From contig JBDHED010000001.1 of assembly GCA_039591175.1 (NCBI GenBank), positions 452 through 64,451 of the forward strand: DNA of 64,000 bases, given 5' to 3'. Of the stretch, positions 1 to 8,090 are shown in pieces; position 1 is the first letter of the stretch, and each line of letters begins with the position of its first letter. Under the pieces are notes generated by a model. The model saw only the letters and a list, made by a program, of their open reading frames with translations. It searched no databases and was not told the DNA's origin. Position numbers and translations under genes: made by a program. This DNA is from Gemmatimonadota bacterium (lineage in GTDB: Bacteria; Gemmatimonadota; Gemmatimonadetes; JACCXV01; JAHWKZ01).

Positions 1-716
1 ACGATCAGTCCTGGCCGGCGAGCACGCGCGATTCCGACCGCCTCGGCCACCGTATCGACCTTCGGATGACTAGCACTTCCCTTGGTTGAGAACGACAGCA
101 GCGCGACCCGCGGCTCCTCTCTGACCAGCGCTCGGTGCGTCGCCGCCGATGCGATCGCGATGTCGGCCAACTGGTCGGACGTTGGCTCAGGAACGACACC
201 GCAGTCACCAAAAGTAAATGCGCCCTGATCGCCGATCAGGAGGAACACCGATGAGATGGTGCTAATGCCACGCGCGGGTCCGATAACGCGAATCGCGGCT
301 CGGACCGTCTCCGCGGTCGTCGATAGGTTCCCGGCCACGCAGGCGTCGGCCTCGCCGCGCTGAACGAGGTAGGCGCCAAACACGAGCCGGTCCTCGAGTG
401 CGGCCCGTGCTTCGTCGGCGCTCAGCTCACGGTCGCGGCTCGCCTGTAGAGCGCGAAACCCGTCGGCATACGTATCGAGCCGCGGTGATTGCGCTGGAGC
501 GATGATATCGACGCCGTCGAGGCTAACGCCGGCCTTCTCAGCGGCCTCGCGGATGGCGTAGCCGCCACCCAGCAGTGTCACGTCGGCGATGTTGAGCTCG
601 CTAATCGTCCGCGCGGCCTGCACCGCCCGCGGGTCCGCACCGTCGGCGAGCACGACACGATGATTGTCGGCCGCCGCCCGGCTTCTCAAGTCGGCGATCA
701 GCTGTGAAGGGTTCAC
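1..716 (-). CDS. pta: Phosphate acetyl/propanoyl-transferase (PTA_PTB family, EutD/Pta-like). 5' part only: the gene starts at a GTG at 716 and continues past the left window edge
   Basis: Hand reverse-translation of 716..1 gives (M)NPSQLIADLRSRAAADNHRVVLADGADPRAVQAARTISELNIADVTLLGGG...VFLLIGDQGAFTFGDCGVVPEPTSDQLADIAIASAATHRALVREEPRVALLSFSTKGSASHP... This is collinear with the E. coli Pta C-terminal catalytic domain (RIVLPEGDEPRTVKAA ... [26 protein letters not shown] ... PRVAMLSYSTGTSG). The GTG start overlaps the TGA of the upstream ORF (GTGAAC). Not in the ORF track because it lacks a conventional in-window ATG-to-stop span. Confidence 0.8.
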   Translation of the reverse strand, partial: MNPSQLIADLRSRAAADNHRVVLADGADPRAVQAARTISELNIADVTLLGGGYAIREAAEKAGVSLDGVDIIAPAQSPRLDTYADGFRALQASRDRELSADEARAALEDRLVFGAYLVQRGEADACVAGNLSTTAETVRAAIRVIGPARGISTISSVFLLIGDQGAFTFGDCGVVPEPTSDQLADIAIASAATHRALVREEPRVALLSFSTKGSASHPKVDTVAEAVGIARARRPGLI

Positions 717-1036
717 CGACCCCAGCGGGTTAGGACTCGCTCCGCGATCTGACGTACTTGCGTCGCGTCCGCTTCTGGCACGAGACCGCGGACCCGTTCG
801 ACGACGCGCTCCACGTCGCTCGGATCGCAGGTAGGAATGTGATGACCGGCAGCCGGTGGGTTTGGGGTCTTGACCCTTTCGATCAACTCGATTCCATGGC
901 GATCGGCCTCTTCCCTGGCCAACGGTGTGATGATGGCGTTCTCGGGGACGACCAGTTGAAAGCTTCCGTCGCGGTGCACCGCGCGCACGTCATCAGCAGA
1001 GACGACGGGTCGGCTGCCGCGTCCGCGCATAGTCAC
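713..1036 (-). CDS. 107-aa conserved hypothetical protein, translationally coupled between the ParA-like gene and pta. Function unknown; candidate ParA partner or adaptor
   Basis: ORF MTMRGRGSRPVVSADDVRAVHRDGSFQLVVPENAIITPLAREEADRHGIELIERV... There is a 4-nt overlap (ATGA) with the parA-like stop and a GTGA overlap with the pta start. I could not assign it to EutN, EutQ, DRTGG, STAS or MinE families by eye. Confidence 0.55.
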   Translation of the reverse strand: MTMRGRGSRPVVSADDVRAVHRDGSFQLVVPENAIITPLAREEADRHGIELIERVKTPNPPAAGHHIPTCDPSDVERVVERVRGLVPEADATQVRQIAERVLTRWGR

Positions 1037-1848
1037 GACGCCTGTTTGACGACCGCCTCATCACGCCGGGCGGCCAATCGTTCAGCGATCTCGGCGGCCA
1101 CACTGTAGTAAGCCGCCGCTCCGGTGGAGTTGGAGTCGATCTCGTACAGCAACCGTCCCTCCCGGGCTGCCTCGGCGAGCGCGATGTTGATCGGGATCGG
1201 TTCCCGAAACAGAAGCTCCCCCCATTTGTCTTCCATCGTCGTGAGGCATTCGCGACCGACGCGGGTCCGGCGATCGTAAAGCGTCGCCAAGTAGCCCAAG
1301 AGATCCAGCCGCGGATTGAGTCGCCGTCGGACCTTGTCGACGAGGTCGAGGGTCCGGGGCACGGCATTGAGCGCGAAGGGGTGCGTTTGGACCGGGATCA
1401 CGACCGTGTCCGCCAGTCGCAACGCGTTGACGGTATAGAGAGACAGCGCCGGCGGGACATCGATGATCGCCATGCGGTACGGTAGTTCCGGCCCGGCCTC
1501 CCAGGCGTCAGCCAGGAGCTCCTCGCGGCCTGGGACGTTGGCCAGCTCGGATTCCATTTGGCCCAGGCTTTCGTGGGCTGGGACGCAGAACAACCGATCG
1601 TAGCGAGTCGGCACCGTCGCGCGCGCCAGACCGCCGACCGGGTCGATCAACACATCGGTGACAGTAGTTTCCAGCGTGTCGGGATCGACGCCCAGGTGAC
1701 GAGTCGCCGACGCCTGAGGATCGAGGTCGATGAGCACCGTCTCGATGCCGGTTTCGGCGAACGCGCCGGCGATGTGGACCGCCGACGTGGTCTTCCCTAC
1801 CCCGCCCTTCGCGTTGGCAAACACGAGCGCGTACGGTCGCCGCATCAC
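1033..1848 (-). CDS. ParA/MinD-family P-loop ATPase (Soj-like) with classical deviant Walker A including the signature lysine
   Basis: MMRRPYALVFANAKGGVGKTTSAVHIAGAFAETGIETVLIDLDPQASATRHLG... This contains the KGGVGKTT P-loop and the DLDPQ motif typical of ParA/Soj. No parB or parS was seen nearby. It is embedded between BMC shell genes and pta. Confidence 0.85.
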   Translation of the reverse strand: MMRRPYALVFANAKGGVGKTTSAVHIAGAFAETGIETVLIDLDPQASATRHLGVDPDTLETTVTDVLIDPVGGLARATVPTRYDRLFCVPAHESLGQMESELANVPGREELLADAWEAGPELPYRMAIIDVPPALSLYTVNALRLADTVVIPVQTHPFALNAVPRTLDLVDKVRRRLNPRLDLLGYLATLYDRRTRVGRECLTTMEDKWGELLFREPIPINIALAEAAREGRLLYEIDSNSTGAAAYYSVAAEIAERLAARRDEAVVKQAS

Positions 1849-2456
1849 TCGCTAGCCGGGTAGTAGCGGCTCTCGACCTTTTCTATCGCACCCCGATCGA
1901 GCAACTGCTTGACTGGGCCGATCAGCCGGCGCCACTCCGTCCCAAGCGCCGTCCCGAGATCGGGCAGCGTTATCCCCTGCTCCCCGGCACGCCGTATCGC
2001 CGTCAGGCATCGCGCTTCGAGGTCGGTGACCGAGACCGGTTGGGTCGTAGGCTTTGCGGTGACCTCGGTTGACGAAGCTACGGTCGGTTTGGGCGACTCG
2101 GTCGGCTTCGGGGGTGCGGTGGGTTTCGGGCTCGCTTTGGGACGTTGTCCGATCGGGTAAGTGCCTATCGCCGGGCTCTCGGGCAAGACGTCGACGAGCT
2201 GGTCGGTGGCTTGATGCGGCCGCGGGATGACGTGCACGCTGACCAACTCACCGACCTTGGCTGCAGCTACTGCACCGGCGTCGGTGGCAGCCTTGACCGC
2301 CGCGACGTCGCCGCGGACGAGGATCGTCACCAATCCGGCCTGAGAGTACTCGCGCTTGACGAACTCGACCGGCGCCGCTTTTGACATCGCGTCGGTGGCT
2401 TCGGTGGCACCCACGAAACCGCGGGTCTCGATCAGGCCGAGGGCGTTACCGGCCAT
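1845..2456 (-). CDS. Bacterial microcompartment shell protein, BMC-H (Pfam BMC domain), with Pro/Thr-rich linker and a C-terminal ~60-aa winged-helix/HTH-like domain (EutK-like architecture)
   Basis: MAGNALGLIETRGFVGATEATDAMSKAAPVEFVKREYSQAGLVTILVRGDVAAVKAATDAGAVAAAKVGELVSVHVIPRPH is a canonical BMC-H fold signature. It is followed by PKASPKPTAPPKPTESPKPTV... and then SVTDLEARCLTAIRRAGEQGITLPDLGTALGTEWRRLIGPVKQLLDRGAIEKVESRYY. The start was chosen at the ATG that lies 2 nt after the BMC-T stop; the 5' extension in the ORF track was judged spurious. Confidence 0.85.
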   Translation of the reverse strand: MAGNALGLIETRGFVGATEATDAMSKAAPVEFVKREYSQAGLVTILVRGDVAAVKAATDAGAVAAAKVGELVSVHVIPRPHQATDQLVDVLPESPAIGTYPIGQRPKASPKPTAPPKPTESPKPTVASSTEVTAKPTTQPVSVTDLEARCLTAIRRAGEQGITLPDLGTALGTEWRRLIGPVKQLLDRGAIEKVESRYYPASE

Positions 2457-2458
2457 CG

Positions 2459-3115
2459 TCAGTACCTCACCGGGTCGGCGTACACTGACTTGACTGCTGT
2501 CTCGAAGGCTTCGCACGCCGCGCGGCAGTCGGCCTCGGTTCCAGTCACGAGTGCTCCGCCCATATTCGTCGGCGTCGGCGGCTCGATCCACTCCCCCACC
2601 TGCACGTCGGCCGTTTTGAGTGCCTGATCGAGCCCAAAGACGGCTTCCAACGGCGTCGCCTTGAGGTATCCGATCGCATCGCCACGTTCGATGCCGGCGC
2701 GCTCCGACAGATAACTCCCGGTCTGGGCGACCAGGTGAGCCAGGTACGGCCAGCGCCCCTCGTCGTCAGCCGACCGGTAGCTGACACGCGACTCGAGATG
2801 AGCCAGCGTAGCGTCCATCCCAGCTTCGACTTCCCCGAGCCGGTCTCCGGCCAATATCACGAGGGTCTCGGCAGCCGGTGACTCGATGTTCGAGCGCGAT
2901 GCGTCGCGGTAGAACGTGCGCGTGAATACGACGTCAACGGCGGCTTTCTTGGTCGCTTCGTCGACCGCTACGTACGTGGGGTCGTCTTGATCGACGGTGA
3001 GAAACCCGATCGACGCGTGCGATGGCCGCAAGCCCAGCGCGTCGACCAGCGCTGGTGCGACGTTCGGGATCGTCCGGACCGCTAGAACACGCGGTGCGAG
3101 GGTCGTGGTCACCAT
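2459..3115 (-). CDS. Bacterial microcompartment shell protein, BMC-T (tandem/permuted BMC domains), EutL/PduB-like
   Basis: Collinear with E. coli EutL. [29 protein letters not shown] aligns to [77 protein letters not shown] aligns to [48 protein letters not shown]. The C-terminal [13 protein letters not shown] aligns to GSQAACKAACNAF. Confidence 0.88.
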   Translation of the reverse strand: [218 protein letters not shown]

Positions 3116-3201
3116 ACAGTTGGATCCGGGTTCGGGGATTGCCGGGTAAAGCTCCGAGGAGTCTAGGAGCGCGGTCTGAGCGGGTCAAGCGGCGTGCGGG
3201 C

Positions 3202-3882
3202 TTAGAAGCGCATCTCCGCGCGGGTCCATTGAACCACTCCGCTTCCGCCGCGTTGGGCGGGCACGTACAGCATCTGCTTGGCGGCCGTCAGCGCAGCCGT
3301 GTCGAGCGCAGCGAAACGGCTCCCCTTCTCGATTCTGACCTCGCCCACTGAACCGTCGGCGAGCACTTCGACCAGCAGGTGGACCGCGGAACCGCGGACC
3401 CGTTTTTTGTCGAGGCTGTCCGGGATGCGCGGAACGACGAGGTGCAGCGGCCGTGGTGGGCTGACGATCCCGCCACCCCGGCCAGCAGCCGGGTCCGTCG
3501 TGCCTTCCCCTTCCGGCTCGCCGTCATCGCTGCCTTCGCCTTCGCTGGGAGCGGCCTCGGGCTCGGCCACCGTTTCCTCGATCGGAACCTCGGCGATCGC
3601 TACCTCGACGACTTCTTCAACCGGTTCGGGCTCGGGCTGCGTCTCGGCGACTTCCTCGGATGGTGGTTGAAGCGCGACCACCTCCAACTCGCTCCCGGGC
3701 CCACCCGGGATCACGAACACGTTTGGTGACGGAATCAGTGATTCGTGGATTCGATCGGCGATCACGCGTGGCAGGGCGAGCAGGATAATCGCGTGCAATC
3801 CGATTGCGACCAGCAGGCTCCAGCGCCGGATGCGGTCGTACGAATCGCGCCACACCGTGTTCTTGGTTGAGAGGACTCGCAT
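3202..3882 (-). CDS. TonB-like energy transducer: N-terminal membrane anchor, Pro/Glu-rich periplasmic linker, C-terminal TonB_C domain
   Basis: N-terminal TM LLVAIGLHAIILLAL, a PEPEPVEEVVEVAIAEVPIEE linker, and a C-terminal ...AVHLLVEVLADGSVGEVRIEKGSRFAALDTAALTAAKQMLYVPAQ typical of the TonB/TolA C-terminal fold. Confidence 0.7.
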   Translation of the reverse strand: MRVLSTKNTVWRDSYDRIRRWSLLVAIGLHAIILLALPRVIADRIHESLIPSPNVFVIPGGPGSELEVVALQPPSEEVAETQPEPEPVEEVVEVAIAEVPIEETVAEPEAAPSEGEGSDDGEPEGEGTTDPAAGRGGGIVSPPRPLHLVVPRIPDSLDKKRVRGSAVHLLVEVLADGSVGEVRIEKGSRFAALDTAALTAAKQMLYVPAQRGGSGVVQWTRAEMRF

Positions 3883-3912
3883 TATGAGAAAACTCCTGGC
3901 GGGTGCGCCGGG

Positions 3913-6393
3913 TTAGACGACCAGGCTCACCAGTTTGTTCGGGACCACGATCACCTTCCGAACCTGTTGACCGTCGAGGAGCTCTGGGATCCGACCATGT
4001 GCGAGCGCCCGGGCCTCGACCTCCTGGTCGGGCAAGTCGCGTGGGACGCTCATCTCCTCGCGCACCTTCCCATTGATCTGAATCACGACCGTGACCTCCT
4101 CGGTGCGCAGGATCTCGGGGTCGTAGTCGGGCCATCCAGCGTCGATCAGCGGTGGCTGGTGACCGGTCATGACCCACAGCTCCTCGCCGAGGTGGGGCGC
4201 GATGGGTGCCAGGAGTCGAATCACCGTCTCGATCGCCGTGCGCATCAGCGACGGATCCTCTGGTTCGCCGGGTTCTTCGACCGGTGCGTACTGGTAACAC
4301 TCGTTGACGAGCTCCATGATCCGTGCGATGGCGGTGTTGAACTGCCAGCTGGCGAGATCTTGGGTCGCTCCCTTCACCGATCGGTGCAGAACGAGGCGCA
4401 GCGATCGCGCCGCGTTCGAGTCGGTGGTTTCGTGTTCGCCGCCAGCGTCCTCATCCCACAGACCCCGATGCCGATCGACCAGTCGCCACACCCGCTGTAG
4501 CCAAGCGGCGACCGCCTTGATCCCCGCGTCTTTCCAATCGCCACCCTCGGTGAACGCAAAACCGAACATCAGGTAGGTACGGAAGGCATCGGCGCCGTAC
4601 TCCTCGATGTAGTCGTCCGGGCTGATCACGTTGTCCCGGGACTTGGACATCTTGGTCCCGCGATTGGTGATCGTGCCCTGATGAACGAGCCGTTGAAACG
4701 GCTCGCTTATGCCGAGGTGCCCCAGGTCCCGCATCGCCTTGACCATGAATCGGGCGTACAACAGGTGCAGGACGGCGTGCTCGATCCCGCCCGAGTACTG
4801 GTAAATCGGGCACCATCGATCGACCAGCTCTCGGTTCCATGGTCGCTCGTCGTCATCGGGTGACAGATAGCGCAGGAAGTACCACGCAGAGTCGACGAAT
4901 GTGTCCATCGTGTCGGGGTCGCGCCGCGCGTCAGAGCCACAGCTCGGGCAGGCCACGTTCATGAACGACTCCGAACGCTCGAGCGGGCTCTTGCCCGCGC
5001 CTAATGAGAAGTCGACGTCGTATGGCAGCTCAACCGGCAGGTCGTCGACCGCCACAGGCACTTCTCCACACGCGGAGCAATGCACGATCGGGATCGGCGC
5101 TCCCCAGTAGCGTTGCCTCGATATGAGCCAATCGCGGAGGCGGTAGTGGACGGTCGCCTTCCCGTCTCCCTTGGCGACCAAGTCGGCCGTAACCTGTTCG
5201 AGCATCTCCTCGGATCGCATGCCCGTGTACGGACCCGATGCGATGACTCGACCATGACCGGTATAGGCCTCATCGCGCTCGATGTCGGCTGACTCTGGTT
5301 CGATCACCCATACAACCGGAAGATCCATCGCCCGGACGAAATCGAAGTCACGCTCGTCGTGAGCCGGGACACCCTGGATCGCCCCGGTTCCGTACCCAGC
5401 GAGCACAAAATCCGCAACCCAGATCGGCACCTGCTCGTTCGTCAATGGATGGATAGCGTAGGCACCGGTGAACTCGCCGGTTTTCTCGGCCTCGGTCGAT
5501 GTGCGCTCGATCTCTGAGAGGCGACGGGCCCGATCGCGGTAAACGCCGACTTTGGCTCGATGCGCGTCGGTCACGATGTCATCGAGCACGTCGTGTTCTG
5601 GCGCCAACGCGAGGAACGTGACGCCGTAGAGCGTGTCCGGGCGCGTCGTAAACGTCTTGATCGTCGCCTCTCGATCGGCTATCTGCCAATCGATCTCGAC
5701 CCCGGTGGACCGGCCGATCCAGTTGCGTTGGAGCGTCTTTGTTCTCTCCGGCCAATCGATTTCGTCGAGTCCGTCCAGCAGCTCATCGGCGTAGTTCGTG
5801 ATCTTGAAGAACCATTGGGTGAGATCCCGTTTCTCGACGTCAGAGCCACAACGTTCACAGACGTTGCCTTCGACGACTTGCTCGTTGGCGAGCACGGTCT
5901 GGTCGGTCGGGCACCACCAGACGGGTGCCGCCTTGCGGTGAGCCAGACCGGCCCGATAAAGCTCGAGAAACAGCCACTGAGTCCACTTGTAGTACTCGGG
6001 CTCGCTCGTGTTTAGCGTGCGCTCCCAATCCCACATCGCGCCCATCGTCTTGAGTTGCTCGATCATGGTGGCGACGTTGCGATCAGTGGAATCTCTGGGG
6101 TGGATTCCAGTCCGCACGGCGTAGTTCTCGGCCGGCAGACCAAAAGCATCGAACCCAAAAGGCTCGAAAACCGATCGGCCACACATGCGCTGAAACCGGG
6201 CCCAAGTGTCGGCCGGCCCGTAGTGGTACCAGTGACCGACGTGGAGCCGGTCGCCGGACGGGTAGGCGAACATGACCAGCGCGTAGCAGGGGTCCGCGGC
6301 GGCCTCGAGGTCGGCCCGGAACAGATCCTTCGCCTCCCACTCGGTGCGCCACTTGGGCTCGATCACGTGGGGGTCGTAACGATGCTCAGCCAT
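3913..6393 (-). CDS. leuS: Leucyl-tRNA synthetase
   Basis: The 847-aa ORF has class I aaRS motifs and LeuRS-collinear sequence (MAEHRYDPHVIEPKWRTEWEAKDLF..., HVGHWYHYGPADTWARF, KMSKSRDNVISPDDY). The start was taken at MAEHRY. Confidence 0.95.
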   Translation of the reverse strand: MAEHRYDPHVIEPKWRTEWEAKDLFRADLEAAADPCYALVMFAYPSGDRLHVGHWYHYGPADTWARFQRMCGRSVFEPFGFDAFGLPAENYAVRTGIHPRDSTDRNVATMIEQLKTMGAMWDWERTLNTSEPEYYKWTQWLFLELYRAGLAHRKAAPVWWCPTDQTVLANEQVVEGNVCERCGSDVEKRDLTQWFFKITNYADELLDGLDEIDWPERTKTLQRNWIGRSTGVEIDWQIADREATIKTFTTRPDTLYGVTFLALAPEHDVLDDIVTDAHRAKVGVYRDRARRLSEIERTSTEAEKTGEFTGAYAIHPLTNEQVPIWVADFVLAGYGTGAIQGVPAHDERDFDFVRAMDLPVVWVIEPESADIERDEAYTGHGRVIASGPYTGMRSEEMLEQVTADLVAKGDGKATVHYRLRDWLISRQRYWGAPIPIVHCSACGEVPVAVDDLPVELPYDVDFSLGAGKSPLERSESFMNVACPSCGSDARRDPDTMDTFVDSAWYFLRYLSPDDDERPWNRELVDRWCPIYQYSGGIEHAVLHLLYARFMVKAMRDLGHLGISEPFQRLVHQGTITNRGTKMSKSRDNVISPDDYIEEYGADAFRTYLMFGFAFTEGGDWKDAGIKAVAAWLQRVWRLVDRHRGLWDEDAGGEHETTDSNAARSLRLVLHRSVKGATQDLASWQFNTAIARIMELVNECYQYAPVEEPGEPEDPSLMRTAIETVIRLLAPIAPHLGEELWVMTGHQPPLIDAGWPDYDPEILRTEEVTVVIQINGKVREEMSVPRDLPDQEVEARALAHGRIPELLDGQQVRKVIVVPNKLVSLVV

Positions 6394-6534
6394 GGTCGCT
6401 TTTGTGGGGGTAAAAACGGAGAGCGGCGGGAACCCGCTCCCGCCGCCGGTGGTCACGCATCAGACAGGTGCAAAGTACTGTCGCCGTCGTGCTCGATCAA
6501 CCGATGGAGCCAGCGTTTTGTGCGTTGTGGCTCC

Positions 6535-7368
6535 CTAGATCTCGTCCAAAACGCCAGAGTACACGACACGCGCGTGGCCGGTGAGATGCGGGGCGAACGG
6601 TGTCGTGCCACCCTCCCCGCCAGCCGCGTTGAAATCGACTTCGAGCGGGAACCCGCCGCTGGTTTCGACTCGGATCGGAGGTTCTACGGATCCCCACAGG
6701 GATCCCAGTATGGCCGCCGCCACGGCGCCGGTTCCGCACGATAGTGTTTCTGCCTCGACTCCACGCTCGAAAGTCCGCATCCGTATGTGGTGTCGATCCA
6801 CGATCGTGATGAAATCGACGTTTGTGCCGGCGGGCTGCCATCGCGGGTCGAGCCTCAGCCGCCTCCCTTCCCCGCGGATGTCATGGGCGCCGACATCCGC
6901 CACCGTGGCCACGACGTGTGGTGTCGAGGTGTCGACAAAGCCAACGTGCGTATAGGTGGAGCCCTCCAGGTCCGGGTAATCGGTGACGAGCCCGGTCGGC
7001 TCCGGAAGCCGTAACCGTACGGTCGGCTTGGCGGGATCGTCGACACGCGCCTCCAGGGTCCCGCTCTCGGTCGCTACGTGGACCACTGGTTGGCTGGCGA
7101 CACCAATCATCCGCGCGTAACGGGCGACACACATGGCCCCATTCCCACACATCGGGGCCACGCTGCCATCCGCGTTGTAGTACACCATCCTCAGGTCGGC
7201 CCCGGGATCCTCCTCCAGCAAGAGCACCGCGTCCGCGCCGACACCCAGGCCTCGTCGACACAAACGGACGACCGGCTCGCCACCATCCGGAAACCACCGC
7301 GAACGGTTATCGAATACGACGAAATCGTTCCCGCCGCCTGACATCTTCAGGAACGAGCGTGATTTCAC
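6535..7368 (-). CDS. dapF: Diaminopimelate epimerase
   Basis: FLKMSGGGNDFVVFDN and ...MCGNGAMCVARY show the two catalytic Cys regions of DapF. Confidence 0.9.
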   Translation of the reverse strand: MKSRSFLKMSGGGNDFVVFDNRSRWFPDGGEPVVRLCRRGLGVGADAVLLLEEDPGADLRMVYYNADGSVAPMCGNGAMCVARYARMIGVASQPVVHVATESGTLEARVDDPAKPTVRLRLPEPTGLVTDYPDLEGSTYTHVGFVDTSTPHVVATVADVGAHDIRGEGRRLRLDPRWQPAGTNVDFITIVDRHHIRMRTFERGVEAETLSCGTGAVAAAILGSLWGSVEPPIRVETSGGFPLEVDFNAAGGEGGTTPFAPHLTGHARVVYSGVLDEI

Positions 7369-8090
7369 GACCGATCAAGCGATTGCGTGATACGCCACAA
7401 TCGCATCCGCCACACCATCCAAATCGCTTCCCAGACGATCGAGCGGTTCATCTTGCTGCTACCGACGTTACGATCGACAAATACGATCGGGATCTCAACC
7501 AGTCGAAAGCCGGCCCGATCCGCGCGAAACACGGTTTCGATCTGGAACGCATAGCCGGTGGAGTGGATGCGGTCGAGGTCGATCGTTTCGAGGACCTTGC
7601 GTCGGTAACACTTGAACCCGCTGGTCAGATCGTTGAGCGGCAACCCGGTCACCGTTCGAGCGTAGGCATTGGCCAGCCAGGACAACAACAGCCGCCCCAT
7701 CGGCCAGTTGACCACGGTTACGCCGCGGGTATAGCGCGAGCCGATAACAACATCGAAGTCGTCGGCTAACTCCAGAAACTCCGGCAGATGACGCGGATCG
7801 TGCGAGAAGTCGGCGTCCATCTCGAACACCAGCTGGTAGTTGTGCTCGAGGGCGAAGCGAAAACCGTCGATGTACGCCGTGCCCAGACCAAGCTTGGCTG
7901 GGCGGTGGATGACGTGGACCCGCTCTTCATCGTTCGCCAGTGCGTCGGCGATCTCTCCGGTACCATCGGGAGAAGCGTCGTCGATGACGAGAACTTCCAG
8001 GCGCTCGCTCTGGGCTAAGATCTCTTGCACGAGCGGTTGCAGGTTCTTCTGCTCGTCGTAGGTAGGGACGATGATGAGGGTGTCACGCAT
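7365..8090 (-). CDS. GT2 glycosyltransferase, polyprenol-monophosphomannose (dolichol-phosphate mannose) synthase-like, soluble form
   Basis: IIVPTYDEQKNLQPLVQEI...VLVIDDASPDGTGEIADALA...FEMDADFSHDP... shows the DXD of GT-A fold and DPM1/Ppm1-like conservation. There are no C-terminal TM helices. Confidence 0.8.
   Translation of the reverse strand: MRDTLIIVPTYDEQKNLQPLVQEILAQSERLEVLVIDDASPDGTGEIADALANDEERVHVIHRPAKLGLGTAYIDGFRFALEHNYQLVFEMDADFSHDPRHLPEFLELADDFDVVIGSRYTRGVTVVNWPMGRLLLSWLANAYARTVTGLPLNDLTSGFKCYRRKVLETIDLDRIHSTGYAFQIETVFRADRAGFRLVEIPIVFVDRNVGSSKMNRSIVWEAIWMVWRMRLWRITQSLDRS

Noticed and set aside
1033-1848. Interpreting the ParA-family gene as the chromosomal partition gene parA (soj)
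   Set aside because: No parB or parS, gidAB or oriC context is present. The gene is sandwiched between BMC shell genes and pta with overlapping stop and start codons, so a locus-specific role is more likely. This is not proven.
3617-4300. 227-aa Arg/Gly-rich ORF antisense to leuS. Similar long ORFs occur antisense to many real genes, e.g. 8546..9184, 11173..11766, 22779..23444, 26496..27176, 27213..28244, 31442..32656, 40562..41128, 49049..49954, 55814..56665 and 57188..58501
   Set aside because: These are typical high-GC artefacts. Their composition is Arg/Pro/Gly-biased, they lack recognisable domains, and each lies entirely inside a well-supported gene on the other strand.
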